Shown here: positions 61,064 to 64,000 of the stretch, piece by piece
Position numbering within the stretch: the first letter of the stretch is position 1
Layout of the letters: each line of letters starts with the position of its first letter
Assembly (NCBI GenBank): GCA_973895155.1
Contig: OZ316892.1
Span: 26,869,233-26,933,232 of the forward strand
Source of the DNA: Marsupella aquatica
Lineage: Eukaryota > Plantae > Marchantiophyta
Direction: 5' to 3'
Length of the DNA stretch: 64,000 nt
Program-made: the position numbers and the translations under genes
The notes under the pieces: model-generated
The model's input: the letters and a program-made list of their open reading frames with translations, nothing else
Told to the model about the DNA's origin: nothing
Database searches by the model: none

Positions 61064-64000
61064 TTTGGCTTTGGCTCTTTGGTTTTCTGGGTTTTATCCT
61101 TTGTCTTTTCCCCTTTATTTGGATTTTTGGCCTTTGGGATCTTGTCTCTCCCCGGAAGGCATTCCATAGCACTCCTATGCATATGATAAGTGTACATTTT
61201 CATACTTCGCACTTATAGTTGAGTACAATGGTGATTCTTCTTGCTGCTTGAGTGGCCTCTACCTCCAGTTAGTCCTCTCCCTCAGTCCCTTGTCACATTA
61301 ATAGAAGTTGTCATCTTATGTTCAAGTAGGAATCTAATCTCTTACTTAAACCATTGACCCTACATCCCTCAAATTGTACTCCCTATTGAACCTCTGTCAA
61401 CTATCTCAAAAATGCAACTTTAACTCTTGATAAAAATGGTAATTATGCAGTGATTCATAAGATTGTATAAGGTTTTGCACTTACATAATTATTGCTGAGT
61501 GGAGCCTAAAAGTGCAAAATAAACTTAATAGAGGAACCAGAAACCTTGCAATTAGGCAGGGTTTGTACTTATGATTTGTGCACTTAGGAAGAGGTAACTA
61601 CTTCTTTTGGAACTTGTGTGAGGTAAAAGAAATAAAGCACGGGCAAAAGCTAGTCTAAGGCTATGCAGTCTAGAGTGAATCCTCTTGACCATGACTCTGG
61701 GGGGCCACAACTAACACAGGGTGGAACTGGAAAAGGGGGCTTAATGGTACTCACCATCTAATTATGAGCAAAGCAGTGGTATTGGAATTCTAATTTACAA
61801 ACAAAATTTTTTGACTCAACAAAGTGAAATCACAATTTTTATTTTTTTTAAAGGCAAAATCCATGGAACCCCACAGAAAGGTGGCCAGTTTAGGAAATTT
61901 GAACCCAAGACCTATGAGTCCCTACTCAAGTGAAGTACCACACAGCCATGTCTGCTTTGGCACAAAGTGAAGTCAATTATGGGGGGATCTCAAAACTAGA
62001 ATGTGTACTCAAGGTGGAGTCCTCCAGAATAGTCCTACCAAATTCTGGAGAACATACAACAAAAATATGGAGCTGGAATAGTACAATATATAGCATGGGG
62101 ATAAGTAAGGTTGAAGCAGTTTGCACAGTAGCCCAGGACAAGGGAGTGAAAAGGATTCAGGTTAAGACACTTGGTGCATGCATGGCATTTCAAGGTCCAA
62201 CCTCTGCCTGAGGAATCTTTTACATGACTGTGTGGTGGGTCATAAAAGGAAGCTAAAAAAAGTAGATGGACGAAGAGAAATTTAAAGAAGATTGTCTAAA
62301 TAGGGGGAAAATTTAGGAGGAGGATAAAATAAGTGTTTATTGAAAAAGTAAAGAGTTTTAGTAAAATTCAAAATTTGCAGAAAAATACAAAGAGGAAGCC
62401 CTGCTAAGACACTTTTCAACTTCGATGAGTGTCCCTGGAAAAAATCAGTTGAGCAGGATATAAGGGCTTTTTTATAGGGGGGCATAAAAACCTAGACACT
62501 TGGAGTAGGGAATGATGTTGGTCCACCAACAAGTATATGTATATATTCTTGGCATGGCTACTCAAGTGCATATCTTGCTTTGACCCAGGTAGTCTGTTGT
62601 AGCTAAGCTGCATGTTTATCTTGCCTTGCCCTAGCTAAATCTGTTACAGCTAGTCAATCAATTGGTATCCTGACCATCCATTCTTTCTGTCAGCTAGCTA
62701 CTATACTGCATGTTCAGGTAAGGGGGCATACAAAAAGAAACGCATAAAATTAGACATTAACTTGGAGCAAGGAAGGATGCTGGTAAACCCAACCAAGTGT
62801 ATAAATCTTGGCACATTTACTTAGCTGCATGTTTGTCTTGCCTTGAACCAGTTAGTCTATTTAGCTGCTGTAGTGTATCCTGATCGCCCATTCTTTCTGT
62901 CACATATGATACTGAGTGTATAGGGGAGCCCATCTTAACGAAGAGAAGCCAGAGTCCAGCAATCTTAGTGGCACAAAGGTAAAGATTGAGCATGGTGCCA
63001 ATCTTTTTTAGTGGTGGTCAGATTGGGAAATGACATCAGCACAATTGCCATCCAAGGATTCACATGCCCAACAGTCAGAATTTAAGTTGGCCAAATCATA
63101 GTGTGGTTTGGGGGAAAATTGTGACTGAAATTGGTACATTAGCACAAAATAGTTGGAGGGTCTGCTGGATTGAGTACATTGCGGATGATCTTTGGTAGCA
63201 GTGGTGCTAGAGCTTTGGCCCATCCACCTGGTGAGGTCCAAGTCCTGGTTGTACTTACTGTAACTATGAATAGCCTCTGGGCTAATTTGGAAGTGTCATT
63301 GGTGGTCGGAATTGACCTACTGTTCAGAAGTTAAGCCTTGAAAGTAACTTCCAGTCATGTAAATCTCTAGCCTTTTTGTTCTGGCTTTCTGACTTGGCAG
63401 TGTTTGCTGAATTTGGGGCATTTGTACTTAAATTGGGGATAATTCTCAGTGATTCTTTACTTAAATGCTTTGACCACAACTTGAAATAGATTATAAATTG
63501 TCTCGCTGATGTTGATCAGAAACTTCACTTTCATACATGATGCCACTCTGCTTTGGGGAATTTGTTCAAAAATTGATCTGAATCCTCTAAGCTTGTATTT
63601 CTTGTGTCTAGTACTGTACATGATTCCTGTCCAATACCCCGTCTATCTTGGGCCTCTGGTTGATTTATCATTACAAAGCGAGATTCCCATTGTTTCCTCA
63701 CAGTTGATGTTGCTGTCTAGCTTTGAACTTCTTGCTCACGAGTGACCATTATTTCTCTTTGTAAGTGTCAATGTTGTCTCCCAAGTAAGCAGAATGCCAA
63801 TTTGGTCTGTTTTGCTGACATCCGTATGGTCTTACTTTTGTTGTGATATATATGTAGGATTTGGCAACAGTGAAAACTAGTCCTCAATTACAGGAGTTGG
63901 AGCAACTCTGGTGCTGGTACTGGTACTGGCATGTGTTCATGTGGGCCCCACTAGATCTGTCATTGATTCCACACTTCAGTAAAGATGTTTTGATTGCGTT

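Noticed and set aside
62470-62905. Degenerate ~230-bp duplication
   Set aside because: Old, diverged, non-coding, and without termini or other structure.

Overview
Eukaryotic land-plant genomic DNA (GT-AG introns, plant-type genes; possibly a non-seed plant, which is only a weak inference). Host genes: the 3' part of a Tudor-domain PDS5-like gene (140-2783 +), a 3-exon metallothionein missed by the ORF track (40728-41824 +), CNOT10 (47861-52682 -), an organellar uL18-family gene (57759-58873 +) and molybdopterin synthase catalytic subunit CNX6/MOCS2B (60142-60600 -). The window is dominated by two related, full-length Mutator-like DNA transposons (5959-25033 and 31286-40431), each with long TIRs and a perfect 9-bp TSD. 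Each carries a spliced DDE-SWIM transposase plus a convergently transcribed multi-exon accessory gene that I do not recognise (C2H2-like finger, AT-hook-like GRPK, acidic tract, KVxF motif, conserved C-terminal domain). The non-coding parts of both elements are loaded with a strand-polarised GTTTATGTTCT motif, often in tandem arrays. That layout parallels the Arabidopsis VANDAL/VANC anti-silencing system but with an apparently different protein, and is the best candidate for an undescribed system. MULE-1 hosts a young Copia element (in-frame gag-TGA-pol) and a 4-kb TG..CA solo-LTR-like insert containing a decayed ORF. MULE-2 splits the metallothionein promoter. Also present: a pogo-like deletion derivative and two non-autonomous Helitrons. 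All coordinates and alignments were read by eye; no searches were run.
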